DNA of 63,832 nt, filler included, from 6 parts of 6 records of this genome joined end to end with filler, not necessarily neighbours in it, one strand, 5' to 3'; shown: positions 29,438-38,025, counted from the whole stretch's first letter. Numbers and translations: made by a program. The notes: generated by a model not told the origin, from the sequence alone.

Positions 29438-30270
29438 AAGTTATAATTATACAAGAAAACGGCCATCATGATCTAAACAGGGGCTTTAGAGAGTGCTTTT
29501 GCCTCAAGCGTGGTTTTGAGCATCACGGTGCTACAGTAGAAATTTGGGGTAAGGGTCACGATGGTTTCGATCCAAATCCAGACCAGCGAATGTATGACCA
29601 ATATTTCAGCCACTTCGATCTAGTGATTGCTATTGAAAACTGGGACTGGATGCCAGATATGAGTAGGATACACACCAAGAAATTTATCTGGGCAATTGAC
29701 GCACACTGCAAGGGGCCGCGAGTCTACGAACAGTACGGATTTGATAAGGTTCTACATGCTACCAAACAGTTCGCAGACGAGGGATGTTGGCTTCCAAACT
29801 GCTACGATGACACAAAAATTAAACCCCTAGAAGGTGGCAATTACAAACAGTACGACGTTGGGTTTTGTGGAAATACTGTAAACAGGGAGTCGTGGATAAA
29901 ATATTTGCAACACCACTTTAACATGCGTCATGACGAAATGGTTCTTGGAAATGATATGGTGAGAGCTATTAATTCCTACAAATTACATTGGAATGCAAAT
30001 ATCAGCGTGGATGTAAACTACCGAAATTTTGAGACTATGGGCTGTCAAACTTGTTTGCTTACGTCTTGGCATTCAGACTATCAAGAGCTTGGATTTGTGA
30101 ACGAAGAAAACTGCCTAATGTATAAAAGCGATACAGAGTGTGGAGATTATATCAAGCTTGCCCTCAGCGTGGACGACCTGAGAGATCGAGTGGCTAAATC
30201 TGGGTACGAGTTGGTCAAAAACAACCATACCTATAAACATAGAGCGAAACAGATACTGGAGATATTATGA
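29434..30270 (+). CDS. CgeB-like (Glyco_trans_1_2) glycosyltransferase
   Basis: YDVGFCG, NYRNFETMGC and HTYKHRAKQIL. Confidence 0.78.
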   Translation: MKVIIIQENGHHDLNRGFRECFCLKRGFEHHGATVEIWGKGHDGFDPNPDQRMYDQYFSHFDLVIAIENWDWMPDMSRIHTKKFIWAIDAHCKGPRVYEQYGFDKVLHATKQFADEGCWLPNCYDDTKIKPLEGGNYKQYDVGFCGNTVNRESWIKYLQHHFNMRHDEMVLGNDMVRAINSYKLHWNANISVDVNYRNFETMGCQTCLLTSWHSDYQELGFVNEENCLMYKSDTECGDYIKLALSVDDLRDRVAKSGYELVKNNHTYKHRAKQILEIL

Positions 30271-30953
30271 TAGATGTTATTGTACCTGCTTATATACCAA
30301 CGGAAAGAAACTTAAATTTTTTCTATGAAGCAATGAATTCACTAAGAAGGCAAACTCTCAAAGATTTTAACGTAAAGATCATACTCAACGGTTCAGATCT
30401 CTACAAATCAGAAATAGAAGAATCAATTCAAAGTGACGACAGGTTTGAAGCACTTCATTTTAAAAAAAAGAGTTCTGCTGCAATCGCTAGAAACTACGGC
30501 ATTAGAAATACAAGCTCTAAATATGTAGCCCAACTGGACGCAGATGATCTCTACCATGAAGAAAAGCTAGAAAAGCAGCTAAAGTTTATGGAGTCGAATA
30601 CACATTGTAGCTTACTTGGAACATCAAACTATGTAATAAGAAACGGTAGAAATGTTGACTCATGTTACGGAACCCACCACGAGTATCAAACACACGAACA
30701 GATCAAAGAAAATATAGACATAAACCATAACGTTATTGTTTGCGGTAGTGTAATGTTCAGACGTTCCGAGGTGTTCGATGACAATTTATTTTATGATGAA
30801 GAAAATACACCCGGTCAGTATTGGCCTTCGTATGGAAAAATAATGTATGAAGATTTAGATATGTGGACCCGGTGCATAAACAGGGGTAAAAAAATTAACA
30901 TTATTCCAGAGCGATTGTATTACTGGAGAGAAGGATCAAGAGTAGAAAGATAA
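30267..30953 (+). CDS. GT2 glycosyltransferase
   Basis: VIVPAY, ARNYGI, LDADD, KLEKQ and EDLDMW. Confidence 0.88.
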   Translation: MIDVIVPAYIPTERNLNFFYEAMNSLRRQTLKDFNVKIILNGSDLYKSEIEESIQSDDRFEALHFKKKSSAAIARNYGIRNTSSKYVAQLDADDLYHEEKLEKQLKFMESNTHCSLLGTSNYVIRNGRNVDSCYGTHHEYQTHEQIKENIDINHNVIVCGSVMFRRSEVFDDNLFYDEENTPGQYWPSYGKIMYEDLDMWTRCINRGKKINIIPERLYYWREGSRVER

Positions 30954-31069
30954 TTGAGGAAATGATGTTAGCATAGATGAAACTTTTAGACACAAAAAAA
31001 TAGAAGCACATGTAGAAAAACCGCTGACAGGAAAAGGAAATCTTGAAATATACTGGAGGACTTAATCAG

Positions 31070-31873
31070 ATGTTAATTACAAGACTGTATGGTGGACTGG
31101 GTAATCAAATTTTTCAATGGGCTGCTGGTCAATCAATAGCAGATAGACATAACACACAATGTCTTTTTGACCTGTCTCATTTTGGTGGAGAGGTATCTAC
31201 CGAAGAAAGAATTGAAAAACATGGAAACCAAGAAGGCCCGACCCCTTGGGGGCTTGAGCTTAATAAGCTAGATCTAGAATTAAAATTTGTACAGGGAAAC
31301 ACCCTTGGGCTACCAAGCGTTTCTGATAATCATGTCTATAAGCCTCTTGGTGACAACTTATTCTTAGATGGTTATTGGCAATCAGAAAAATACTTTTTGT
31401 ACAACGAAGAAAACATAAGAAGCAAGCTCAGGATGGGAGATCAGGTCAGAGACGATATATACAGAATGTATCCATTTTTAAAAGATGAAACCGTATCACT
31501 TCACGTTAGAAGGGGTGACTATGTTAGATTACAACAGGTTCACCCCTGTCAAACACTAGAGTATTACGATGTAGCGTTAGATATCGTTGAGGGTAAAGGG
31601 TCAAATATCTTGGTTTTCTCTGACGACCTAGAGTGGTGCAAGCAGAATTTTAAATATGATAATATCTATTTCGCAGAGGGTCAATCGAATGTCATAGATA
31701 TGTATACCATGTCTCTATGTTCGAATCACATAATGTCAAACTCTACATTTGGCTGGTGGGGTTCTTGGCTAAATGAAAGTAAGGATAAGAAAATTGTAGC
31801 TCCTAAAAACTGGTTTGGTAACGGTTCGTATAATGCAGAAGATATTATACCTAGCAAATGGATTAAGCTATGA
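31070..31873 (+). CDS. GT11 alpha-1,2-fucosyl/colitosyltransferase
   Basis: GGLGNQIFQWA, GYWQSEKYF, HVRRGDY, FSDD and NSTFGWWG. RBS GGAGGA before ATG 31070. Confidence 0.9.
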   Translation: MLITRLYGGLGNQIFQWAAGQSIADRHNTQCLFDLSHFGGEVSTEERIEKHGNQEGPTPWGLELNKLDLELKFVQGNTLGLPSVSDNHVYKPLGDNLFLDGYWQSEKYFLYNEENIRSKLRMGDQVRDDIYRMYPFLKDETVSLHVRRGDYVRLQQVHPCQTLEYYDVALDIVEGKGSNILVFSDDLEWCKQNFKYDNIYFAEGQSNVIDMYTMSLCSNHIMSNSTFGWWGSWLNESKDKKIVAPKNWFGNGSYNAEDIIPSKWIKL

Positions 31874-33024
31874 TAAAACTATGTTCAGACATCATTGGAG
31901 AGCAAGATATTACTCTTCTAAGAGGGTGGTTAGCAGATATGCCAAGGCTCACAAAGGGGGACAGAACACTTGAGTTTGAAAGCAAGTTTTCTGAATTGCT
32001 GGGCTGTAACCATGCTGTATTTTGTAACTCGGGATCTTCTGCAAATCTTCTTATTGTGTCAGCCTTAAAGCAATCGGGCAAACTTAAAAATAATAAAGTG
32101 GTTGTCCCCCAGCTATCTTGGGCCACAACGGTATTTCCGGTCATGCAGTTGGGACTAGAGCCAATACTGTGTGATTGCGATATGGGAAATTTAGGAATAG
32201 ATATTGAAAACTTTAAAAGAATAATCAAGGAAGAAAATCCGGCAGCAATTATACTTGTTCATGTTCTTGGTTTTGATTCTAACATCAAGCAGATATCAGA
32301 ACTGTGTAAAGAAAACGATATAATTTTAATAGAAGACACGTGTGAGAGCCTTGGGTCTCAAACGGACAAGCAAAACTTGGGAACGTTTGGCTTAGCTAGC
32401 TCTTTTTCTTTCTACTTTGGGCATCACATCTCTACAATTGAAGGTGGCATGGTCTGTACAGACGACGATCATTTTGCAGACATCATAAAAATGATTAGGA
32501 GTCACGGGTGGGATAGAGATCTAACCAAACAAAAGAAAGAACAACTCCGAGTAAAGAATGGTAATTCTGATATAGACAACTTATACACATTCTATTACGC
32601 TGGATTTAACTTGCGGTCTACGGATTTGCAAGCATTTATAGGCATTAATCAGCTTGACAAGCTGCCAGACATAATCCAAAAAAGACAGACAAATTATTTA
32701 CTATACAGGGAATTGTTAAACGAAAAGTTTTGGCTACCAAGACTAACAGCAGATCAAAACGTAGTATCAAACATGGGATATCCAATAATCTTAGATAATC
32801 GAGACGCTTTTTACGAATCTTTAGTCTCTAATGGCGTTGAATGTAGACCTTTAATTTCTGGCAGCATGGGGCTACAACCAGCTTGGAAAAAGGCTTATGG
32901 CTCATGTAGAATGCCGAATGCAGATATAATAGATAGAAACGGCATGTACGTTCCAAATCATCAAGATTTAACAACTGACGATATCGAAAAAGTATGCAAT
33001 ATCATAAACAGGGAGTCATTATGA
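31870..33024 (+). CDS. DegT-family PLP enzyme, ColD-like 3-dehydratase
   Basis: NSGSSANL, EDTCES and SFYFGHHISTIEGG (His in place of the PLP Lys). No Fe-S Cys cluster. Confidence 0.8.
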   Translation: MIKLCSDIIGEQDITLLRGWLADMPRLTKGDRTLEFESKFSELLGCNHAVFCNSGSSANLLIVSALKQSGKLKNNKVVVPQLSWATTVFPVMQLGLEPILCDCDMGNLGIDIENFKRIIKEENPAAIILVHVLGFDSNIKQISELCKENDIILIEDTCESLGSQTDKQNLGTFGLASSFSFYFGHHISTIEGGMVCTDDDHFADIIKMIRSHGWDRDLTKQKKEQLRVKNGNSDIDNLYTFYYAGFNLRSTDLQAFIGINQLDKLPDIIQKRQTNYLLYRELLNEKFWLPRLTADQNVVSNMGYPIILDNRDAFYESLVSNGVECRPLISGSMGLQPAWKKAYGSCRMPNADIIDRNGMYVPNHQDLTTDDIEKVCNIINRESL

Positions 33025-33941
33025 AGGTTTTACTAACAGGCGCAACTGGTTTTCTAGGACAAAATTTAGAGCCGGTTTTGTCGGAAGATTATGAGGTGGT
33101 TGGGTATGGGTCCGAACCGTGGGATTTGAGAAAACAGTCTTTAGTTGAGTATATCGTTCAAAAAAATAGGCCAGATGTTATTGTTCATGCTGCTGGTTCA
33201 GTTGGTGGTATCCTTGCCAATAAAGAAAACCCTGGTAAGTTTATGTACGAAAATCTTATCATGGGAACTAATTTAATCCACCAAGCGATGAAATACAGGG
33301 TTCCAAAATTTATACTTTTAGGAACCGTTTGTTCATACCCAAAACACACGCCTGTTCCCTTTAAAGAAGAAGATATCTGGAATGGATATCCAGAAGAAAC
33401 AAATGCTCCTTACGGCATAGCTAAAAAAACCCTCATGAGACTCGTAGAGGATTATCACGAACAATACGATTTTAATGGTGTTAATCTAGTCCCCGTTAAT
33501 ATGTACGGGCCTCACGACCATTTCAATCTGGCATCCGGCCACGTAATACCAGCACTGATTTTAAAGTTCTACGAAGCAATGAAATCTGGAAAAGATGTTA
33601 CGGTGTGGGGTACAGGTGAAGCATCTCGTGAGTTTTTATACGCTCCAGACTGTGCCGAGGCAATTAAGCTAGCAGTACAAAAGGACGTGGGTCCAGAACC
33701 GATAAACATTGGGACGGGTAAAGAAATTAAGATTATCGATCTTGCTGAGACAATAGCTGACCTTATGGGTTTTAATGGAACTATTTTCTTTGATAGCTCT
33801 AAACCTGACGGACAGCCTCGTCGCTGTTTAGATACAACTAGAGCCAAAGAAAGGCTAGGGTTCGAGGCTACAACGGACTTAAAAACCGGGCTTAACAGTA
33901 CCATAGAATGGTTTTGGAAACAGGTTATAAGGGGCGTATAA
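33021..33941 (+). CDS. GDP-L-fucose/GDP-colitose synthase (Fcl/ColC)
   Basis: TGATGFLG, VGGILAN, CSYPK, PEETNAPYGIAKK, HVIPALI, WGTG..SREFLY and KPDGQPRR. Confidence 0.9.
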   Translation: MKVLLTGATGFLGQNLEPVLSEDYEVVGYGSEPWDLRKQSLVEYIVQKNRPDVIVHAAGSVGGILANKENPGKFMYENLIMGTNLIHQAMKYRVPKFILLGTVCSYPKHTPVPFKEEDIWNGYPEETNAPYGIAKKTLMRLVEDYHEQYDFNGVNLVPVNMYGPHDHFNLASGHVIPALILKFYEAMKSGKDVTVWGTGEASREFLYAPDCAEAIKLAVQKDVGPEPINIGTGKEIKIIDLAETIADLMGFNGTIFFDSSKPDGQPRRCLDTTRAKERLGFEATTDLKTGLNSTIEWFWKQVIRGV

Positions 33942-34355
33942 ATGAAATATGGATTTGTAGCAAGCTGTTTTGACGTATTACACCCAGGATACATACGCAT
34001 GTTGATAGACGCAAAAGATCAATGTGACTATTTGATAATTGGATTGCAGGACGATCCATCCGTCGAGAGGCCGGAAATAAAAAACGCGCCTATTTTTCCT
34101 TTCCAAGATAGGTTTATGATAATGTCTTCGATAGTGTATGTAGATGAAATACGACGCTACAATTCCGAAAGTGAACTTTATCAATTGCTACAGGGGCTAA
34201 TTTCTGAAAAAAAGATAGATGTCAGGATACTCGGAACGGACTACATTGGAAAGAGATTTACCGGAGACGATTTAAACATACCGTTACACTTTCACAAAAG
34301 AGACCACTCTTGGTCAAGCAGTGAAACAAGAAAAATAATAAAGGAAAACGCATGA
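33942..34355 (+). CDS. Cytidylyltransferase (TagD-like)
   Basis: FDVLHPGY, LIIGLQ.DP, RILGTDY and WSSS. Confidence 0.8.
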   Translation: MKYGFVASCFDVLHPGYIRMLIDAKDQCDYLIIGLQDDPSVERPEIKNAPIFPFQDRFMIMSSIVYVDEIRRYNSESELYQLLQGLISEKKIDVRILGTDYIGKRFTGDDLNIPLHFHKRDHSWSSSETRKIIKENA

Positions 34356-34783
34356 ACATTGGATTTTATGTAAACACCCTCAAGGGCGAACCGGAAACAG
34401 TAGACCTATACCAATCCCTGAATAGACTAACAGAAAGCGATGAGGTTTCAGATGTTAGCCTCTTTTATAACGCCGCCGACTTTAACCCAGAACAGCCTAA
34501 GTTTGGCCTGTTTAATTCTACGGACATTTGGTGCTTTACGGGAGCGTTGATTGCTACGTCTCTATCAAACGCTATTACGGCCAATAACGTGATAAACAAG
34601 TTTAAGCTATACTATCTCTACGACAAAAACGACAAGGATGTATTCCAACTGATCTCGCTTCCGAAAACCGTACCCATCTTAGCAAAAACAGAAGAGGACG
34701 CTAAGTATATATTCAGAGTATCAGGCAAACCAGTCCACTCAGTCGTTAACAATATAGAAGAAATCATAGGGGCCGTAAAATGA
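34352..34783 (+). CDS. Hypothetical protein
   Basis: 143-aa ORF coupled to both neighbours. Confidence 0.6.
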   Translation: MNIGFYVNTLKGEPETVDLYQSLNRLTESDEVSDVSLFYNAADFNPEQPKFGLFNSTDIWCFTGALIATSLSNAITANNVINKFKLYYLYDKNDKDVFQLISLPKTVPILAKTEEDAKYIFRVSGKPVHSVVNNIEEIIGAVK

Positions 34784-35553
34784 ACGATTTAGAACAAACA
34801 GTAATATCTATGTACGACGATCAGGATCTCAGTACGTACCAAATAGCAAAAGAATTAGAAACCTATCCCAACAAGATACGGCGAATTCTTATAAAACACG
34901 GGAAGGAACTAAAATCTAAGAGCGAGGCCCAGAAGGTTGCCCTCAAGACTGGCAGATCTAAACATCCCACAGAAGGTAGAGAGCGATCCCACGTGGAAAA
35001 GCTAAGTATTAGCAGATCCATGTCAAGCTATTGGGATGAAATGGATGAATCCGACAGGCAAGCAAGGGTTGAGGATTCTAAAGAGCGATGGTCGAAGATG
35101 ACACCGGATAAAAGAAAAGAAATGCAGGCTTTAGCCATTGAGGGGATTCGCCGCGCATCCACAGAAGGGTCAAAAATCGAAAACTTTGTAGTCAAAACCG
35201 TATCAGGAGGCGGCTACAGGGTACAGTTCCATAAAAAAGATCTAATTCCGAACCAAAATCTCGAAATAGATCTGTATATTCCCTCTCTAAAGACTATAAT
35301 AGAGGTAGACGGTCCCTCTCACTTCCTGCCCGTTTGGGGGGAAGACCGCTTGAAAAAACAGATGAAGGCCGACCTAGACAAGAACGGTCTAATCCTAGCT
35401 AAAGGGTTCGTCATGATTAGGATAAAAGCCCTAAAAACACGACTTTCCCTTGTAGACGAGGAGGATTTAAAAGATCTTGTATTGAAACATTTGAATCGTA
35501 TTGAAAGTAAATTTCCAAAAGAATCAGAAAGGTACATTGAGGTAGAATTATGA
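34780..35553 (+). CDS. HTH + Vsr/DUF559-like endonuclease (homing-endonuclease-like)
   Basis: N-terminal HTH (LSTYQIAKEL), NUMOD-like helices and EIDLYIP....IIEVDGPSH...D..KN. Confidence 0.7.
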   Translation: MNDLEQTVISMYDDQDLSTYQIAKELETYPNKIRRILIKHGKELKSKSEAQKVALKTGRSKHPTEGRERSHVEKLSISRSMSSYWDEMDESDRQARVEDSKERWSKMTPDKRKEMQALAIEGIRRASTEGSKIENFVVKTVSGGGYRVQFHKKDLIPNQNLEIDLYIPSLKTIIEVDGPSHFLPVWGEDRLKKQMKADLDKNGLILAKGFVMIRIKALKTRLSLVDEEDLKDLVLKHLNRIESKFPKESERYIEVEL

Positions 35554-36317
35554 ACGATTTGTTTAGTGATGTTGAGCTTGAAGAAGAGGTTTCCCTTCAA
35601 TCTCCAGTGGATGGAAACTACGGCACTACAGATGTTGTCGTAGGTGCTACACCAGAGATTACAGACCCAGAATGGAATGATTATGTAATATCCTTATTTC
35701 AGGATAATGAACTTATGGACGGTATGCCTCTGGCCGCAGGTTTACGGCGAGTGGCAGAACTTGTGCTTGGGCCAATTGTGTTCAGCGGTCCTGTACAGGT
35801 GTTCCCTCCAGCTAACGACAATGCACACGGCAGAGCCACCGTAGTGTTTAAAGTGGAGTTTAAAAGCGGCATGTGTTACTCTGAGGTGGCTGACTGCTGG
35901 GAGGGTAACACAGACGATGCCTTCTGTGCCTACGCGGTTGCTACAGCTAGTACGAGGGCAGAGGCTCGCGCTCTAAGAAAAGCCCTTAGACTGCGTGCTG
36001 TGGCCGCTGAGGAGATCACCAAAAAGAACACGGCTCAGATAGTTAGAGACATCAGTAAGTCCCAGGGTGCAGACAAAACAGGAGGTGAGTATGAAGATTC
36101 AGCAAGAATGAGTGATGCACAAGCTAACTTTATCAGTGTGAAGTGCAGGCAGTTAAATGTCAACGCAAAAACCCTCATTGGGGAGGTTTTAAAGGTCAAA
36201 GGGAAGGTAACAAAGAAGAAGGCGAGTGAAGCTATCGAGGTGCTAAACAAGTACCAAAGAGAGCCGGTTAATATTCCAAGTTCAGTTCTAGGTTATGTAG
36301 AGGAGTGGCAGTCTTGA
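35550..36317 (+). CDS. Putative single-strand annealing protein (Rad52/Sak-like)
   Basis: ATVVFKV...A.TRAEARALRKAL core and C-terminal SDAQ..FI / KKKASEAIE.L helical motif. Confidence 0.5.
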   Translation: MNDLFSDVELEEEVSLQSPVDGNYGTTDVVVGATPEITDPEWNDYVISLFQDNELMDGMPLAAGLRRVAELVLGPIVFSGPVQVFPPANDNAHGRATVVFKVEFKSGMCYSEVADCWEGNTDDAFCAYAVATASTRAEARALRKALRLRAVAAEEITKKNTAQIVRDISKSQGADKTGGEYEDSARMSDAQANFISVKCRQLNVNAKTLIGEVLKVKGKVTKKKASEAIEVLNKYQREPVNIPSSVLGYVEEWQS

Positions 36318-36649
36318 AAATCACATATACGACTAAAAATGGTAGAATTTCCGCAGAAATAGAGGGAGAGTCGCAAAGAGACCTGTTTGAGAACGTAAAT
36401 AAGTTCCAAGACGTTTTCGAAGAACTCAACTGCGGCAAGTGTGGCTCTGACGATGTTAGATTTGTCGTCAGAAACGTGGATGACAACCTTTACTACGAAT
36501 TAAGATGTAAGGGTTGTGGTGGTCGCCTTAACTTTGGAGCAAATAAGTCAGGAGGTGGTTTATTTCCCAAGCGAAAGGATGGAGAGGGTAACTGGTTACC
36601 CGATAACGGTTGGGTAAAGTGGAACCCTAAGACAGAGAAGAATGAATGA
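36314..36649 (+). CDS. Zinc-ribbon phage protein
   Basis: CGKCG...CKGCG. Likely TTG start at 36314 after AGGAG. Confidence 0.65.
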   Translation: MKITYTTKNGRISAEIEGESQRDLFENVNKFQDVFEELNCGKCGSDDVRFVVRNVDDNLYYELRCKGCGGRLNFGANKSGGGLFPKRKDGEGNWLPDNGWVKWNPKTEKNE

Positions 36650-36655
36650 ATCTAT

Positions 36656-36720
36656 CTGTACCAAACAAAACCAAGTTTTTCCTGTTTCTTGCGTGATGGT
36701 GCAGCATCTACAAAAACAGG
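36656..36720 (+). ncRNA. Pseudoknot repeat, copy F
   Basis: ctgtacca-aacaaa-ac-caag-ttttt-cctgttt-cttg-c-gt-ga-tggtgcag-catcta-caa-aaacagg. Confidence 0.8.
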
Positions 36721-36722
36721 TT

Positions 36723-36781
36723 CTTACCTCAACAAAGTTATGTTTTCGGTCATACGCGAGAGGTAAGATCCACCAAACCGA
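36723..36781 (+). ncRNA. Pseudoknot repeat, copy G (most divergent; all helices compensated)
   Basis: cttacctc-aacaaa-gt-tatg-ttt-tcggt-cata-c-gc-ga-gaggtaag-atccac-caa-accga. Confidence 0.8.
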
Positions 36782-36782
36782 T

Positions 36783-36816
36783 CTTCACACAACAAAGCCA
36801 AGTTTCCAGTTTCTTG
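36783..36816 (+). ncRNA. Pseudoknot repeat, copy H (3'-truncated by the contig end)
   Basis: cttcacac-aacaaa-gc-caag-ttt-ccagttt-cttg. Confidence 0.75.
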
Positions 36817-36918
36817 NNNNNNNNNNNNNNNNNNNNNNNNNNNNNNNNNNNNNNNNNNNNTTAATTAATTAANNNNNNNNNNNNNNNNNNNNNNNNNNNN
36901 NNNNNNNNNNNNNNNNAT

Positions 36919-37386
36919 CGTTTAGGGTTAAATGATTTAAAACGTAAAAACCCTAATGAAGAATTAATTATTGAAAACATTAAGCGTAAGCGTACTAAAA
37001 TGACTGTAGGTGAATTAGTTAAATTTATTGAAAAGAATGAATGGTCTATTTCAGCTAATGGTGTATTTTTTGATACAAATAGAGAATCAGTATTGTCTAC
37101 TATTTTAAAAAAATGGTTTGATGAGCGTGTTTTATATAAAAATGAAATGAAAAGGGCTTATCAGTCAGGAAATAAAGAAGCAGGTGCGGGTTTCCATATG
37201 AAACAATACACTATGAAAATTTTGCTTAACTCACTTTATGGTGCCACAGCGTTGGGTTCGTTTAGATACGGTAACGTAATTTTATCTGAAGCGATTACTC
37301 TTAGTGGGCAACGAATTATCCAAGAATCTGCTTTGACAGCAAATAGACACATGAATAAAGTTTTAAAAGGAGAAGTAATATTATGA
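36919..37386 (+). CDS. Family B DNA polymerase, fragment with motif B (5'-truncated)
   Basis: ISANG, KKWFDERV.YK and QYTMKILLNSLYG...ITLSGQ. Frame is open from 36919. Confidence 0.88.
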   Translation, partial: RLGLNDLKRKNPNEELIIENIKRKRTKMTVGELVKFIEKNEWSISANGVFFDTNRESVLSTILKKWFDERVLYKNEMKRAYQSGNKEAGAGFHMKQYTMKILLNSLYGATALGSFRYGNVILSEAITLSGQRIIQESALTANRHMNKVLKGEVIL

Positions 37387-38024
37387 GAAGCTTTCTAGAA
37401 ATAGGCCAAGACCTTACAGATAAAGTACACCACCACCGTTACGATAGATTTTATCCTACATTTTTAGAACCCTTGAGAAATCAAGAATTTAATATGTTAG
37501 AAATAGGAATTCATGAAGGGGGTTCTTTTTTACTTTGGGAAGAATACTTTCCAAAAGCTAATCTTTATGGGATAGATATTAATTCTGAGTGGAAAAACGA
37601 TAGGTGTAAAACCTACAAATTTGACCAGAGTAATCCTGAGGATTTAAAAGAGATAACTAGGATTATCCCTAAATGTAAGTTTATCATTGATGATGGTTCA
37701 CATATCCCCCAACATCAATTAATTACATTTTTAGAGTTATTTGATAATCTACTTGATTATGGGGGTATTTATATTATTGAAGATATAGAATGTAATTATT
37801 GGAATCCTATAGTTGAATTATATGGTTATCCTTCAGGACATTTTAATGTTGTAGATTACTTAAAGCATGTTCCTGACCAAATTAATAGTGAATTTAGTCA
37901 ACGTAAAAATGACCTAAATATTTCAACTATTACATTTGCTCACAATTGCATTATTATTACTAAAAAAACAAAAGAAGAAGTAGAATTTACTAAAAGAGAA
38001 TATAGGTTTTTAAACGCTTTGTAG
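37383..38024 (+). CDS. Sugar O-methyltransferase (MycE-like)
   Basis: TDKVHHH.Y, MLEIGI, FIIDDGSH and GGIYIIED. Confidence 0.8.
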   Translation: MRSFLEIGQDLTDKVHHHRYDRFYPTFLEPLRNQEFNMLEIGIHEGGSFLLWEEYFPKANLYGIDINSEWKNDRCKTYKFDQSNPEDLKEITRIIPKCKFIIDDGSHIPQHQLITFLELFDNLLDYGGIYIIEDIECNYWNPIVELYGYPSGHFNVVDYLKHVPDQINSEFSQRKNDLNISTITFAHNCIIITKKTKEEVEFTKREYRFLNAL

Positions 38025-38025
38025 T

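Noticed and set aside
36656-36816. Hammerhead, HDV/theta or twister ribozyme, or TIGR array, as the identity of the repeat
   Set aside because: No conserved CUGANGA/GAAA core, the helix order does not fit the HDV or twister folds, and there are no box C/D repeats or Nop-domain gene. Self-cleavage still needs an experimental test.
36642-36816. 76-aa ORF over copies F-H, and minus-strand ORF 14973-15269
   Set aside because: These are translations of the RNA repeats. The frame is not kept between copies (indels in the T-run).
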